Of a stretch of 63,253 bases of DNA, positions 21,301 to 30,919 are shown piece by piece. Below the pieces are notes generated by a model, which saw nothing but the letters and a program-made list of their open reading frames with translations, ran no database searches and was not told the origin of the DNA. The first letter of the stretch is position 1, and every line of letters begins with the position of its first letter. The stretch comes from Thermoplasmata archaeon. GTDB taxonomy: Archaea > Thermoplasmatota > Thermoplasmata > Thermoplasmatales > ARK-15. The position numbers were made by a program, and so were the translations under genes. The stretch is from contig JAVZSA010000002.1 in the NCBI GenBank assembly GCA_038880255.1, positions 1 through 63,253 on the forward strand, given 5' to 3'.

Positions 21301-21608
21301 TCAGTTAATATTGCAAGACCAACTCTAATTGAAATATCAAGTGCCTTTTGTTTATTATCTGAAAATCTTTTAGCTATTTCCCTTGCAGCCATTATACTTA
21401 CAGTTTCCCTATCATATTTTTTTGAGAATTCTCTTATAATCTTTGCTATACCTTCAATTCCAATTAAATTTTCTACCCTAGATGCCAAATCCTCTGCCAT
21501 TGGAATTTCAACATGTTCTTCAGGATCCTTTCCTTTTGATCTTGCAAGTTCAGCTATTTCATAACATTTTTCAACTTTTAATTTTAAATCATTAAAATAA
21601 TCTTCCAT
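18345..21608 (-). CDS. polC: DNA polymerase II (PolD) large subunit DP2
   Basis: 1087 aa. Typical DP2 blocks (GPIRGAGGTAQA, CPVCIDGEGT, RMGRPEKA, RRNCDGDED) and C-terminal Zn fingers CSKC..CECGG. No intein-like insertion seen. Confidence 0.95.
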   Translation of the reverse strand: MEDYFNDLKLKVEKCYEIAELARSKGKDPEEHVEIPMAEDLASRVENLIGIEGIAKIIREFSKKYDRETVSIMAAREIAKRFSDNKQKALDISIRVGLAILTEGILVAPLEGITEIKLKKNRDNTEYLSIYYSGPIRGAGGTAQALSVLIGDLVRKDLGIGNFKPTDEIIERYKEEIQIYGNLEHLQYQPTPEEIEITVRNCPVCIDGEGTLESEVSGFRDLPEVETNRVRGGMCLVVAEGIIQKARKLKGIVEKMNIGGWEFLEKLIKEENGENSSEASERYIEDLVAGRPVFSHSEMKGGFRLRYGRCRTGGLATVSINPASMVLMDNFIAIGTQLKLEFPGKAAGITSCDSIEGPIVLLENGDLVQINDYKEAIKLKDKVKKIYDNGEILIPFGEFLENNYPLKRGAFTKDWWLEIAKSKGIENVENENFENYLKLSLKYDIPLHPDYNLFWHDISLDELKKLRNHLIHKGHFENGYLYIEKDATIKEILCSLGALHKERDFYIIEKYGESILFLLGLEYKNGKIIESKKEINDATDTIDFIKKISGINIYPRAPTRVGARMGRPEKAAERKMRPPVNVLFPIGETIGKRRSITLLKENSSEKVQVNVGIRICPKCKTKTYKVKCERCNTRTYYSGKNEVLEIPIIEEFKNAFENLGIEENNFDVKGVKGLISKESLPEPLEKGILRAKHGVWVFKDGTSRFDMSNLAITHFRPNEVGLSIEKAREFGYKSDIYGNELKDPNQILQLLPQDIIISKKGAEYLFNVSKFIDDLLERYYGLEPYYKAKSVEDMIGHLVMGLSPHTSGAILARIIGFTDAQACFAHPFYHAAKRRNCDGDEDSVMLVLDALINFSRHFLPSSRGGLMDAPLFLSIRVDPKEIDKEALNVDIMYKYPLEFYESTIRGAKPAEISSIMEIIKNRLGNENVYSNYGFTNDTENINVGVNESAYKTLGEMQNKTYAQLILAEKLRAVNEIDVANRIVSHHFIPDIMGNMRKYGTQEFRCSKCNRKYRRITLSGKCECGGNIILTISEGGITKYLDMAKEISEKYKISRYTKQRLLFAEEAIRTLFVEEKQKSNGKKLEDFI

Positions 21609-21614
21609 AATTGA

Positions 21615-21941
21615 TCAATTTTTTAAAAGTTCAGATAATAAAAGCTTATCACTTAATGATGCTTTAACAACAATCTTTCTTGTTATATAGGCTGAAAGTG
21701 CATCAATCTCCTTGGATAATATTTTATTAAATGTTTCAACACTCATTTCAACTACTATATCTGGATCATCAATTGGTTCAATAAAATTTAATGATCCATT
21801 TTCAAGGTGGAGATAATATTTTCCATCATCTTTAAAATTTAAAACAATCTTTCTGTCCAAATCAAATATTTCATCCCGTAATTTTTTATCTACATTTACC
21901 CTCTTATTGAATTTATCCACAAGCTCATTCAATTTTTCCAT
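21615..21941 (-). CDS. SCP2 (sterol-carrier-like) domain protein
   Basis: Pattern ...LNFKDDGKYYLHLENGSL...DIVVEMSVETFNKILSKEIDALSAYITRKIVVKASLSD fits the SCP2 fold signature. Start taken at MEKLNEL. Confidence 0.6.
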   Translation of the reverse strand: MEKLNELVDKFNKRVNVDKKLRDEIFDLDRKIVLNFKDDGKYYLHLENGSLNFIEPIDDPDIVVEMSVETFNKILSKEIDALSAYITRKIVVKASLSDKLLLSELLKN

Positions 21942-22581
21942 CCTTATCACCATAGTAAAACAAATCAAAACTTGTATTAATTTTTTTCAATGTCAACCAT
22001 GATGTTCTCACTATTGGAGGAAATTCTTTATTTTCTTTAAAATAATTTTTTAAGAATTCAATTGTTTTAGGATCTGAAGGATAACCTGATCCAAAATTAC
22101 CATATATTTTTTTAAGCTCTTCTATTCTTCTATCCCTTTCAACCTTTGCTATAATTGATGCTGCAGATACTATTGGAAAATCCCTATCCGCATGGTGTTT
22201 TGATATTATTTCAACATCTATATCTAGATTCTTTCTTATTTTTTCAGCAAATCTATCTTCATCAACGTCAGCAGAATCCACCACATATAAATTTTTACCA
22301 ATTTTCTTAATTATTTCTGCAAAGTATAATGCCTCAATTTCATTCAGATTTAGTTTTTTTCTCATGTTATCAATTTCCTGAGGTTCCAAAAAAATTATTT
22401 CAAATGATACTGAATTATCTAAAATTATATTGTATAGATATTCTCTCTTTTTTTTAGATAAAAGTTTTGAATCTTTAACACCAATTTGAGAAAATTTTAA
22501 CTCATCACCACATAGACCACATATTACCATTGGCCCTATTACTGGTCCCCTCCCCGCTTCATCTATACCACAATATATCAT
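21925..22581 (-). CDS. rnhB: ribonuclease HII
   Basis: 218 aa. GIDEAGRGPVIGPMV, DSKLLS, ADxxxxIVSAASIIAKVERD. Confidence 0.9.
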   Translation of the reverse strand: MIYCGIDEAGRGPVIGPMVICGLCGDELKFSQIGVKDSKLLSKKKREYLYNIILDNSVSFEIIFLEPQEIDNMRKKLNLNEIEALYFAEIIKKIGKNLYVVDSADVDEDRFAEKIRKNLDIDVEIISKHHADRDFPIVSAASIIAKVERDRRIEELKKIYGNFGSGYPSDPKTIEFLKNYFKENKEFPPIVRTSWLTLKKINTSFDLFYYGDKDGKIE

Positions 22582-22946
22582 TTTCCTGACTTTTCTTTAA
22601 TTATTTCCTCTAAATTGTCCATAACAAAACCGAGAACAATGTCTACCCTTGGATATATTTCATCCTCTGTGATTTCATTATTGTAGAAATTTTTAATCGC
22701 ATCAAATATGGACTCACCAATCACATCCTCAGAATCCATACCTGCTTCCATATTTTTTAGTGCCAAGTTCACCACATCATCCATAAATTTCCCAGTTATT
22801 TCAAATTCATCATTTTTGGAAGTAAATATTCCATGTCTCTCCATGTCTAATAAGAATGCAAGTGTAAATTCACTTAATGTTTCTTCCAAAAAATCAATAT
22901 ATTCATCTTTTTCGCTTTTTCCTTTCTTTTCAGTTTTATTAGCCAT
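22578..22946 (-). CDS. hypothetical acidic protein
   Basis: 122 aa, Asp/Glu-rich, no motif recognised. First gene of the rnhB-polD operon, with ATGA overlap to rnhB. Confidence 0.4.
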   Translation of the reverse strand: MANKTEKKGKSEKDEYIDFLEETLSEFTLAFLLDMERHGIFTSKNDEFEITGKFMDDVVNLALKNMEAGMDSEDVIGESIFDAIKNFYNNEITEDEIYPRVDIVLGFVMDNLEEIIKEKSGK

Positions 22947-22983
22947 GGTTTCCTAAAAGATTTAACATATAAAATTTTTCCTA

Positions 22984-23655
22984 TCATAAATTATTTTTTA
23001 TAATCTTCAAAAATTCAATAAATTCATTGCGTTCAACCCTACCAGTATTAACATTCCTTGGACTCGGATGATAATGCATAAATATTTTTATATTATTAAC
23101 CTCGATAATTTTTCTATTTGAAAATTCATCCTTTATTCTAATTCCCCTATTGTTAAAGTACATTTTAAGTGATTGAAAAGCAACTCTACCCAAAACAAGT
23201 ATTACTCTTAAATTTTTCATATTATTAATTTCAAATTCTAAATATGGGAGACAATTTTTCATTTCTTCTGTTGAAGGTTTATCATTTGGTGGAACACATT
23301 TGACTGCAGCAGTAATATATGTTTCAAAATAAATTAAACCATCATCCCTCCTGATAGATATTGGTTGATTCGTGATACCCACATCATATAAACAGGAAAC
23401 TAAAAATTCTGCACTTTTATCACCCGTAAAAATTCTACCAGTTCTGTTTCCACCGGTAGCAGCAGGAGCAAGCCCAAGAATCAATAATTTTCCATTTATA
23501 TCTCCAAATCCAGGCACAGGTTTACTCCAATAAGTTTCGCCAAAAAATCTATTCTTTCTTTCAGCTACGCTTTTCCTAAATTTCACAAGTCTCGGGCACT
23601 TTTCACATTTTATTAATTCATTATTCATCTCTTCTAAGTTTTTAAACATATTCAA
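22984..23655 (-). CDS. uracil-DNA glycosylase superfamily protein (Fe-S type, family 4/5-like)
   Basis: 223 aa. CEKCPRL near the N-terminus, GLAPAATGGNRTGRIFTGD active-site block, HPSPRN near the C-terminus. Confidence 0.8.
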   Translation of the reverse strand: MNMFKNLEEMNNELIKCEKCPRLVKFRKSVAERKNRFFGETYWSKPVPGFGDINGKLLILGLAPAATGGNRTGRIFTGDKSAEFLVSCLYDVGITNQPISIRRDDGLIYFETYITAAVKCVPPNDKPSTEEMKNCLPYLEFEINNMKNLRVILVLGRVAFQSLKMYFNNRGIRIKDEFSNRKIIEVNNIKIFMHYHPSPRNVNTGRVERNEFIEFLKIIKNNL

Positions 23656-25628
23656 TACAACCTAATAGATTCTAAATTTCTTGGTGCAACAGAATTAAAT
23701 CCAAATTTATAGTTAAACGTTCCGGCAAGATATTCACAATTCTCATTGTCCCCATGACATGTAATTATCCTATTTGGTTTCGGTACCATGGATGTAATGA
23801 ATTGTATAAGTTGTTTTCTATCAGCATGTCCTGAAAAACCTTCTACTGTTATTACCTGCATATTTATGTCTATATTTACCATTGTACCCTTATTTGGGAG
23901 AGTTATATTTTTAATACCACTCTGAATTTTCCTTCCCAAAGTACCTTCAGCCTGATATCCAACAAATACTAACGCATTTTTTGGATCTTCAGCAAGATGT
24001 ATGAAATAATCAATAACAGGCCCACCATTCATCATACCAGAAGTGGCAAGTATTATAGCAGGGTTTGCATCACTTAAAATTTTTTCTCTTGTTTCAGAAA
24101 CATCTACTCTTACAAATATATCGGAAAGGAATGGATTATCATTTTTCTTGAACATCCTTTCTCTAAGATCCCTATTTAAGTATTCAGGATATGCTGCATG
24201 AATCGCAGTAGCCTCCCATATCATACCATCAATATAAACTGGTACCTTTTGTATTTCATTTTTTCTAATATAATCCTCTATAACCACCATTACTTCCTGA
24301 CTTCTTCCAACGGCAAAAACAGGTATAAGTACTTTTCCGCCTCTATTCAACACATCTTGTATTACATTTTTAAGGTTTTCACTCGCCTCTTTTCTAGATG
24401 GTTGAAAATCATTTTTTCCACCATAGGTTGATTCAATTACTACAGCTTCTGCTCTCGGAAATCTATTTGTAGCAGAGGAGAACAACCATGTTTTCTCAAA
24501 TTTTATATCACCAGTAATTACAATATTGTACAGACCATCACCTATATGAAAATGTGCAATTGAAGATCCAAGGATATGCCCAGCATTATGAAATGTTAAT
24601 CTTACATCTGATGTAATATCTGTGGTTTCTCCATATTCCACTGTAATTGTTCTTCTAAGCATTTCTTTTATATCTTTAAAATCATAAGGTACCTTGTTCC
24701 CCTCAGCATGCGCCAACTTTATGTAATCCATCTGCAATAAAACTGCCAAATCTCTAGTTGGGGGTGTTAAGTATACAGGACCTCTATAATTGTATTTATA
24801 AAGTAATGGTATTAAGCCAGAATGATCTATATGGGCATGTGTGAGCACTACTGCATCTAAATATTTAAATGGATTATTTTCATTTTGAAAAGCATCTTGT
24901 GACCAAATTTCAGGCAAATAAAGATAAGGTATTCCTGACCATGGTTCATTTGTTTGAACATTTGCTACATTGACACCACAATCTACTAAAATGCGGCTGT
25001 TTCTGGTCATCAAAAGTGTTGATGACCTACCCACTTCTCTATATCCACCAAGAGCTATTAATCTTATCCAATTCTCTCCCTTTAAAGGTGGTTTATTTAA
25101 CTTTTTCCCAATTTCTCTAAGGAATTCTCTTCTCATGTCCTTATTTTCTTTAAGAAATTCTCTTACTTCACTCACTATCCTTGATGGAATGGGAGGTGTT
25201 CTTATCACTTTAGGCGCCCATTTTATCCTTTTTTTAATTTCGTTAAGTAATGATCCGTCCTTGCCTATCACAAGCCCTGGAGCCTCAGCAACTATTACTA
25301 CTTCACATGTTTCAGGTTCAAAATAAATTTCAGTAATACCTGCTTCACTTGGTACTATTTTCATTATTTCTTTCCTAGCCTCATCTTCTTCCATTAGTAT
25401 TGATGGATCAGGTCTTATAGCTATCCTTCTTTTAATTTTCTGAGCGATCTGTTTTACAACATCTGGATTTTCTGTAAAAAAATCAATATCTTTGGTGTAA
25501 ACAACAATTAGTGAAGCTTCAAAATCTATACTAGTTAATGTAACTGATGGGGCAAATTCCAAAACTTCCATTTTCGCCTGTTCTAGTATATCCTCCCATT
25601 CGTCTTCTGCCATTATAACGCCTTCCAA
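23652..25628 (-). CDS. beta-CASP ribonuclease aCPSF1 (FttA-type transcription termination factor)
   Basis: 658 aa. Two N-terminal KH-like segments, MBL motif HAHIDHSG, beta-CASP region, C-terminal GFSGHAD and CHGD. Confidence 0.9.
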   Translation of the reverse strand: MEGVIMAEDEWEDILEQAKMEVLEFAPSVTLTSIDFEASLIVVYTKDIDFFTENPDVVKQIAQKIKRRIAIRPDPSILMEEDEARKEIMKIVPSEAGITEIYFEPETCEVVIVAEAPGLVIGKDGSLLNEIKKRIKWAPKVIRTPPIPSRIVSEVREFLKENKDMRREFLREIGKKLNKPPLKGENWIRLIALGGYREVGRSSTLLMTRNSRILVDCGVNVANVQTNEPWSGIPYLYLPEIWSQDAFQNENNPFKYLDAVVLTHAHIDHSGLIPLLYKYNYRGPVYLTPPTRDLAVLLQMDYIKLAHAEGNKVPYDFKDIKEMLRRTITVEYGETTDITSDVRLTFHNAGHILGSSIAHFHIGDGLYNIVITGDIKFEKTWLFSSATNRFPRAEAVVIESTYGGKNDFQPSRKEASENLKNVIQDVLNRGGKVLIPVFAVGRSQEVMVVIEDYIRKNEIQKVPVYIDGMIWEATAIHAAYPEYLNRDLRERMFKKNDNPFLSDIFVRVDVSETREKILSDANPAIILATSGMMNGGPVIDYFIHLAEDPKNALVFVGYQAEGTLGRKIQSGIKNITLPNKGTMVNIDINMQVITVEGFSGHADRKQLIQFITSMVPKPNRIITCHGDNENCEYLAGTFNYKFGFNSVAPRNLESIRLY

Positions 25629-25642
25629 TTCTTAGAATTAAT

Positions 25643-26278
25643 TTAAATTAGCTTTAGCTTTTTCATTCTTTTCTTTATTTCTTCATCATCCAATTTAACA
25701 AATCCTTCTTTATCGGTAATTGTGGCCACATCTATTCCATCACCTGAAGCCGCATCTCTCTTCATTGCAGCATTAACCCCCCTTATTGCCAAATTAATAC
25801 CATCATCAAGTGTAATTTGATCGTTGTATGAATCTTCAAGAACCCCATAAACAAATAATGATCCTGAACCTGCACTAACAAATTTATCTTCGATAGATCC
25901 TCCTGCTGCATCCAATGAAAAAACATGATAACCCCTTAAATCATAACCTCCTATTATAAGACTTACGTAATATGGGTAAAATTTACTTTGATTAAGTATA
26001 TTTGAAAGCATTGTAGCCGCTGCCTGAACACTCATTGGTACCTTGTTTTTTAATCTGTACAATTCTGCTTCTGCCCTCATATACCTAACAAGTACCTGCA
26101 GATCACCAACTAGACCTGCAGTTGTCATGCCTATGTATTTGTCTATCATGAATAGTTTTTGTGTAATTTTGTGAGCAATAAATGTTTCCATAGTAGCTCT
26201 TCTTTCTGTAGCAAGTATTACACCTTCCTTCGTTACTATACCAACTGTAGTAGTACCCGTTTTTAATTTTTCTTCCAT
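25643..26278 (-). CDS. psmB: proteasome subunit beta
   Basis: 211 aa. Short propeptide then the catalytic TTTVGI. GSGS block. Confidence 0.9.
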   Translation of the reverse strand: MEEKLKTGTTTVGIVTKEGVILATERRATMETFIAHKITQKLFMIDKYIGMTTAGLVGDLQVLVRYMRAEAELYRLKNKVPMSVQAAATMLSNILNQSKFYPYYVSLIIGGYDLRGYHVFSLDAAGGSIEDKFVSAGSGSLFVYGVLEDSYNDQITLDDGINLAIRGVNAAMKRDAASGDGIDVATITDKEGFVKLDDEEIKKRMKKLKLI

Positions 26279-26452
26279 AAAAATTCACCCTTTCTAAAAC
26301 TAGATAATTATACAATATTTAAAACTTCTTTTTAAAATTGTTGTGTTTAATAAAACTAATTATTATTCTGTTATTGTTAGAAATCTATTTAATCATAAAA
26401 GTATTTTTCAATAAATTTTAAAATAAAAATAATCATTAAAAAATCAAGAAAT

Positions 26453-26481
26453 AAAAAAAATATAATGGGTTTTAAGCCCAT
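26453..26481 (-). terminator. candidate terminator of gdhA: short hairpin spanning the stop codon followed by T8
   Basis: Minus strand reads ATGGG-CTTAAAA-CCCAT TATA TTTTTTTT. An oligo-T run is the usual archaeal termination signal. Confidence 0.4.
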
Positions 26482-27722
26482 CCTCTAATTTTAACAGCAT
26501 CTGCTACTCTTTTAACAGCAACAACATACGCTGCTGTTCTTGGTTCTATTTTATATTTATCCATTGCTTCCATAACATCCCAAAATGCCTTTGTCATCTT
26601 TTGATCCAATCTTTGATAAACCTCGTCAAGTGTCCAGTAAAATCCATTTATATTTTGTACCCATTCAAAATATGATACTGTTACACCACCTGCATTTGCT
26701 AGGAAATCTGGAATATCAAGTATTCCCTTCTTGTAAAGTATCTCATCAGCTTCTGGTGTTGTAGGTCCATTTGCAAGTTCAAGAACAATTTTTGCCTTAA
26801 TTTTATTTGCATTGTTTCCTGTAATTTGATTTTCTAAAGCTGCAGGTATTAAAACATCCACCTTAAGCTCAAGAAGTTCCTCATTTGTGATATTTTTTGC
26901 TCCCGGATAATTAATAACTGATCCTGTTTTTTCTTTATGTTGTAAAACCTTCTGGAAATCTAAACCCTTCTCATCGTAAATTCCACCTTTTGAATCACTT
27001 ACAGCAACAACTTTTGCTCCAAACATTTCAGTAACAAGCTTATGAGCAAATTGACCAGCATTACCATAACCTTGTATTGCCACAGTGGCTTTACTTAAAT
27101 CTAATTTAATCTTTTTCGCTGCTTCTCTCAAACAAAACATTCCACCTCTTGCAGTGGCATCTCCTCTTCCTAAAGAACCACCCACCTCAATGGGTTTACC
27201 TGTTATAACACCTGGAGCATTATAACCTACTATTTTTGAATATTCATCCATCATCCAAGCCATTATTTGGGGTGTAGTATAAACATCAGGTGCAGGTATG
27301 TCTTTTTCTGGACCTATAAATCTACCTATAGCCCTTATATATCCTCTTGATAATCTTTCTATTTCAGCTTCACTCATAGATTTTGGATCACAAATTACAC
27401 CACCTTTAGCACCACCATATGGAATATCCACTACTGCTGTTTTCCATGTCATCCATGCTGCTAATGCCTTTACTGTGTCCAGAGTTTCTTGTGGATGAAA
27501 CCTTATTCCACCTTTTGTAGGTCCCCTAGCATCATTGTATTGAACTCTAAATCCTTTAAAAACCTTAATAGTTCCATCATCCATCTTTACTGGTATAGTT
27601 ACTTCAAGGATCCTCATGGGCTCTCTCAAAATTGCATGCACACCTGGTTCTAAATTCATCACTTTTGCAGCTTTGTCAAGTTGCTCTTGCGCTATTTTAA
27701 ACGGATTTAATTCTTCAGCCAT
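26472..27722 (-). CDS. gdhA: glutamate dehydrogenase
   Basis: 416 aa. [19 protein letters not shown] (catalytic Lys region), QGYGNAG Rossmann motif. Confidence 0.95.
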   Translation of the reverse strand: MAEELNPFKIAQEQLDKAAKVMNLEPGVHAILREPMRILEVTIPVKMDDGTIKVFKGFRVQYNDARGPTKGGIRFHPQETLDTVKALAAWMTWKTAVVDIPYGGAKGGVICDPKSMSEAEIERLSRGYIRAIGRFIGPEKDIPAPDVYTTPQIMAWMMDEYSKIVGYNAPGVITGKPIEVGGSLGRGDATARGGMFCLREAAKKIKLDLSKATVAIQGYGNAGQFAHKLVTEMFGAKVVAVSDSKGGIYDEKGLDFQKVLQHKEKTGSVINYPGAKNITNEELLELKVDVLIPAALENQITGNNANKIKAKIVLELANGPTTPEADEILYKKGILDIPDFLANAGGVTVSYFEWVQNINGFYWTLDEVYQRLDQKMTKAFWDVMEAMDKYKIEPRTAAYVVAVKRVADAVKIRGWA

Positions 27723-27857
27723 ATTTTATCACCCCAATGGGCAAAACTATATTGCAATGAAATATATTAATTATTCTCGGACAATTGCTAGCAACTGTCA
27801 TTATATATTATCGAAATTTCAATAATATTTAATAATGAATTTTTATTAAACAAAATT

Positions 27858-28370
27858 ATGGAAGTGAAACAACTTGTTGAAGCTGCACTTTTTTCATCTG
27901 ATGAACCGGTAAAAATTTCTGATCTAACAAAATATTTAAGAATAGATAATAAAAGTGCATATAAAGCTATAAAAGAATTGCAAAAGGAGTACAATGAAAG
28001 AAATTCCTCAATTGAAATTGTTAGGATAGGCAAGAGATATGTAATGCAATTAAAGGAAGAGTATAGGGAAATGGTGAATGTATTTGGAAAACCTGAACTT
28101 GACAAGGATGTATTAAAGACACTTGCAATCATTGCTTATTATCAACCTATAAAACAGAGTGATCTAAGAGAATTGGTAGGCGAAAAAATATATGAACATG
28201 TTAAAATACTTAAAGGAAAAAAACTCATAAAATCAAAAAATTATGGGAAAACGACCCTCCTTTCATTAACAAAAAATTTCAACACATATTTTGGTATAAG
28301 TGCAATGGATTCTCAGAGCATTAAAAAGTATCTTGCAGATAAATTGAACCTGAATCTGGAGGGGAGATAA
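27858..28370 (+). CDS. scpB: segregation and condensation protein B
   Basis: 170 aa. VEAALFSSDEPVKISDL, LAIIAYYQPIKQSDLRELVG winged-helix repeats. Confidence 0.8.
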   Translation: MEVKQLVEAALFSSDEPVKISDLTKYLRIDNKSAYKAIKELQKEYNERNSSIEIVRIGKRYVMQLKEEYREMVNVFGKPELDKDVLKTLAIIAYYQPIKQSDLRELVGEKIYEHVKILKGKKLIKSKNYGKTTLLSLTKNFNTYFGISAMDSQSIKKYLADKLNLNLEGR

Positions 28371-29699
28371 ATGAATGTGCTTTTAATTGGAGGTGGAGGA
28401 AGAGAACATGCTATAGCTTCCGCAATAAAGAAGAGTAATGGATATATTTATTCTGTAATGGAAAATAGAAATCCTGGAATTTTAAGAATTTCAGAGGATT
28501 TTTTAATAACTAATGATTTTAGTAAATTAGAAAAATGGGAACCTATTAAAAATGGGAAAATAGATTTTGCAATTGTTGGACCTGAGGGACCATTGGAATT
28601 GGGTATCGTTAATAATTTAATGTCCCTTGGCATACCAAGTGCCTCACCTACAAAAGAAGCTGCACAGATAGAAACAAGTAAAAAATTTTTAAGAGATCTT
28701 ATGAAAAAATATTCAATTCCTGGAAACCTTGAGAGCCATTATTTTTCTAATAAGGATGCCCTTTTAGAATTTTTCAGAGATTTCAATGATGAATTTGTTG
28801 TAAAACCTGTAGGTCTCACAGGAGGTAAAGGTGTTAAGGTACAGGGTGACCACTTTCAAAAAAAAGAAGAAGGAATAGAATATGCATTAGAGGTATTAAA
28901 AAAAGGGATAGGGGAGGGAAAGGGTGTTCTAATTGAGGAAAAGATGGTAGGAGAAGAATATACACTTCAGGCCTTTACAGATGGTATCTCACTTATTCCA
29001 TTACCTTTGGTTCAGGACTTTAAACGAGCATTTGAAAATGATCAGGGGCCTAATACTGGTGGAATGGGATCATATTCTATGGATGACCAACTTCTACCAT
29101 TTATTGATTCAAATACAAAGGAAAAATCTATTGATATCCTAAATAAAATTATAGGTTCTTTAAAAAAGGAGGGAATTGTTTATAGAGGTACTATATATGG
29201 GCAATTTATGTTAACAAAAAGTGGTCCCAAAGTAATAGAAATTAATTCCAGATTTGGAGACCCTGAAGCAATAAATGTATTGTCAGTTTTTGATGGCGAT
29301 TTCTTGAATGTAATTGAGGGAATGGCATTGGGCAAACTTTCATCCAAATATGTAAAATTCAAGAATGAATCTACTGTCGTAAAATATTTGGTTCCACCCG
29401 GATATGGTATTTCAGCTCAATCAGGATTGGAATTTGAAGTAGATGAATCTAAAATAAATGAAGAGGGAGGATTGTTATACTTTGGCTCTGTGGAGGAAAA
29501 AAATGGGAAATTCTTTACAACACACTCTAGAACTTTAGCGATTGTAGGTAAACATAAAAATTTATATGATGCAGAAAAAATTGCAGAGAACTGTACAAAG
29601 TATGTTAGAGGGAATTTGTACCACAGGAGTGATATAGGAAAAAGGGAAACAATAGAGAAAAAGATTAGAAGAATGCAAGAAATTTTAAAAGATCCCTAA
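28371..29699 (+). CDS. purD: phosphoribosylamine-glycine ligase
   Basis: 442 aa. MNVLLIGGGGREHA, ATP-grasp blocks VVKPVGLTGGKGV, NSRFGDPE. Confidence 0.9.
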   Translation: MNVLLIGGGGREHAIASAIKKSNGYIYSVMENRNPGILRISEDFLITNDFSKLEKWEPIKNGKIDFAIVGPEGPLELGIVNNLMSLGIPSASPTKEAAQIETSKKFLRDLMKKYSIPGNLESHYFSNKDALLEFFRDFNDEFVVKPVGLTGGKGVKVQGDHFQKKEEGIEYALEVLKKGIGEGKGVLIEEKMVGEEYTLQAFTDGISLIPLPLVQDFKRAFENDQGPNTGGMGSYSMDDQLLPFIDSNTKEKSIDILNKIIGSLKKEGIVYRGTIYGQFMLTKSGPKVIEINSRFGDPEAINVLSVFDGDFLNVIEGMALGKLSSKYVKFKNESTVVKYLVPPGYGISAQSGLEFEVDESKINEEGGLLYFGSVEEKNGKFFTTHSRTLAIVGKHKNLYDAEKIAENCTKYVRGNLYHRSDIGKRETIEKKIRRMQEILKDP

Positions 29700-30347
29700 A
29701 AATTTTTCCATACTAGTTACAAGTTCATATGCTACTACCCAAGCAGGTAATGGTAAATGGTATATGGAAATATTCAAAAAAGAATTTAAATTTGATATGA
29801 AATCACCTGAAGGAAAACCTCCAATCAGAAAAAACATATTATCTTCAATAATCTCATCTATTTTTATTTTATTACCTTTTTCATTCAAAACAACTATTTT
29901 TGAAGGCTTTATTTTTTGGATTAATCCATTTATATCCATATCAAAAATTGAAAGAAGTGGTTTATTGGAACTCGGTACATAATGGTTGTGGAATAGGTCT
30001 TCCATTAAACCAATAAACCTGTTATAACTCTTTGGTATTCTTGTGGATGGATCAAAAAAAATTACCTTATTTTCTCTTGTATGCACATAGACCCTCAGAT
30101 TTCCTGAAAGGTTCAAAGGTGATTCAAGTGTATTTAGAAGAAAATATTGAACAATATCTGGTCTTCCTCTTCTATTCTCTTCCCCTGGAAAATATTTTTT
30201 TATTGCAGCATGGTGAAAATTTGAATCAAGCAATATATTACCAGGTTTCTTTCCTCTTCTCCTAGCTTGCTTTAAAACTGATTGATGACCCCAGAGTTCC
30301 TGAGGGACAGTTTCAAGTTCTGAATCCACCAGCGCAATATGAAACAT
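29685..30347 (-). CDS. nep1: ribosomal RNA small subunit methyltransferase Nep1 (EMG1 family)
   Basis: 220 aa. LLDSNFHH, RPDIVQYFLLNTLESPLN, SPOUT-type C-terminal half. Confidence 0.85.
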   Translation of the reverse strand: MFHIALVDSELETVPQELWGHQSVLKQARRRGKKPGNILLDSNFHHAAIKKYFPGEENRRGRPDIVQYFLLNTLESPLNLSGNLRVYVHTRENKVIFFDPSTRIPKSYNRFIGLMEDLFHNHYVPSSNKPLLSIFDMDINGLIQKIKPSKIVVLNEKGNKIKIDEIIEDNMFFLIGGFPSGDFISNLNSFLNISIYHLPLPAWVVAYELVTSMEKFLGIF

Positions 30348-30349
30348 AC

Positions 30350-30664
30350 TTAACCAAAAATTGAGCCCATTCCTTCTAATGAACTTTCATCCTGTTCTTT
30401 GAATTTCTTATAAATTTTTTCCATTTCAGTTTGTGAAGGAATAATGGCAAAATCTTTTGAAATCTCTTTAGCTCTACTAATGCCTTCCTCACTACCTTCC
30501 ACTAGAATATATATGTTTTCTTCATTTAATCCAAGTGATAAAGCTTCCCTTCTTATAATTGTCTGTCTTGAAACAATATCGTCTTTGTATAATTCCTCAA
30601 TTTTCTTAGATTTATTTTTTTCAACCTTTAATATGATATACATATGTTTCAAGATTATTTTCAT
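30350..30664 (-). CDS. hypothetical protein with ribosomal-stalk-like acidic/hydrophobic C-terminal tail
   Basis: 104 aa (possibly starts at Met8, 30643). Ends ...KEQDESSLEGMGSIFG. 2-nt gap to nep1. Confidence 0.45.
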   Translation of the reverse strand: MKIILKHMYIILKVEKNKSKKIEELYKDDIVSRQTIIRREALSLGLNEENIYILVEGSEEGISRAKEISKDFAIIPSQTEMEKIYKKFKEQDESSLEGMGSIFG

Positions 30665-30676
30665 GTATTAATATTT

Positions 30677-30919
30677 TCAGTACATCGTCAAATTATATTT
30701 TTCCTTTAGATTTATAAAATCATCCCGAGTGTTGATTTTCAATACCTTGCTTATTTCCTTCATTAAATCACTAATGGAATTGTCCCAGATCTCTCTAGCT
30801 AAAAAAAGTCTACCTTCACAATCATTAAAGTAAATATCTTCTCCATACTCTTTAAAACATCTAAGAATTTCTGCTGCAGATTCCTCATCACCTTTCCATT
30901 CTTTAATACATTCTTTCAT
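30677..30919 (-). CDS. hypothetical small protein (80 aa), nuo-operon tail
   Basis: ATGA overlap with the upstream 120-aa ORF. No motif recognised. Three Cys, none in a cluster pattern. Confidence 0.4.
   Translation of the reverse strand: MKECIKEWKGDEESAAEILRCFKEYGEDIYFNDCEGRLFLAREIWDNSISDLMKEISKVLKINTRDDFINLKEKYNLTMY

Noticed and set aside
22244-22264. TGATGA-11 nt-CTGA on the minus strand inside rnhB (possible C/D half-mer)
   Set aside because: There is no second C'/D pair and no terminal stem, and it lies within a conserved coding sequence (DVDEDRFAEK). Judged a chance match.
30283-30303. TGATGA-11 nt-CTGA on the + strand, antisense to nep1
   Set aside because: No C' box or terminal stem is present. 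The second CTGA follows at a non-canonical spacing. It is inside a coding region.
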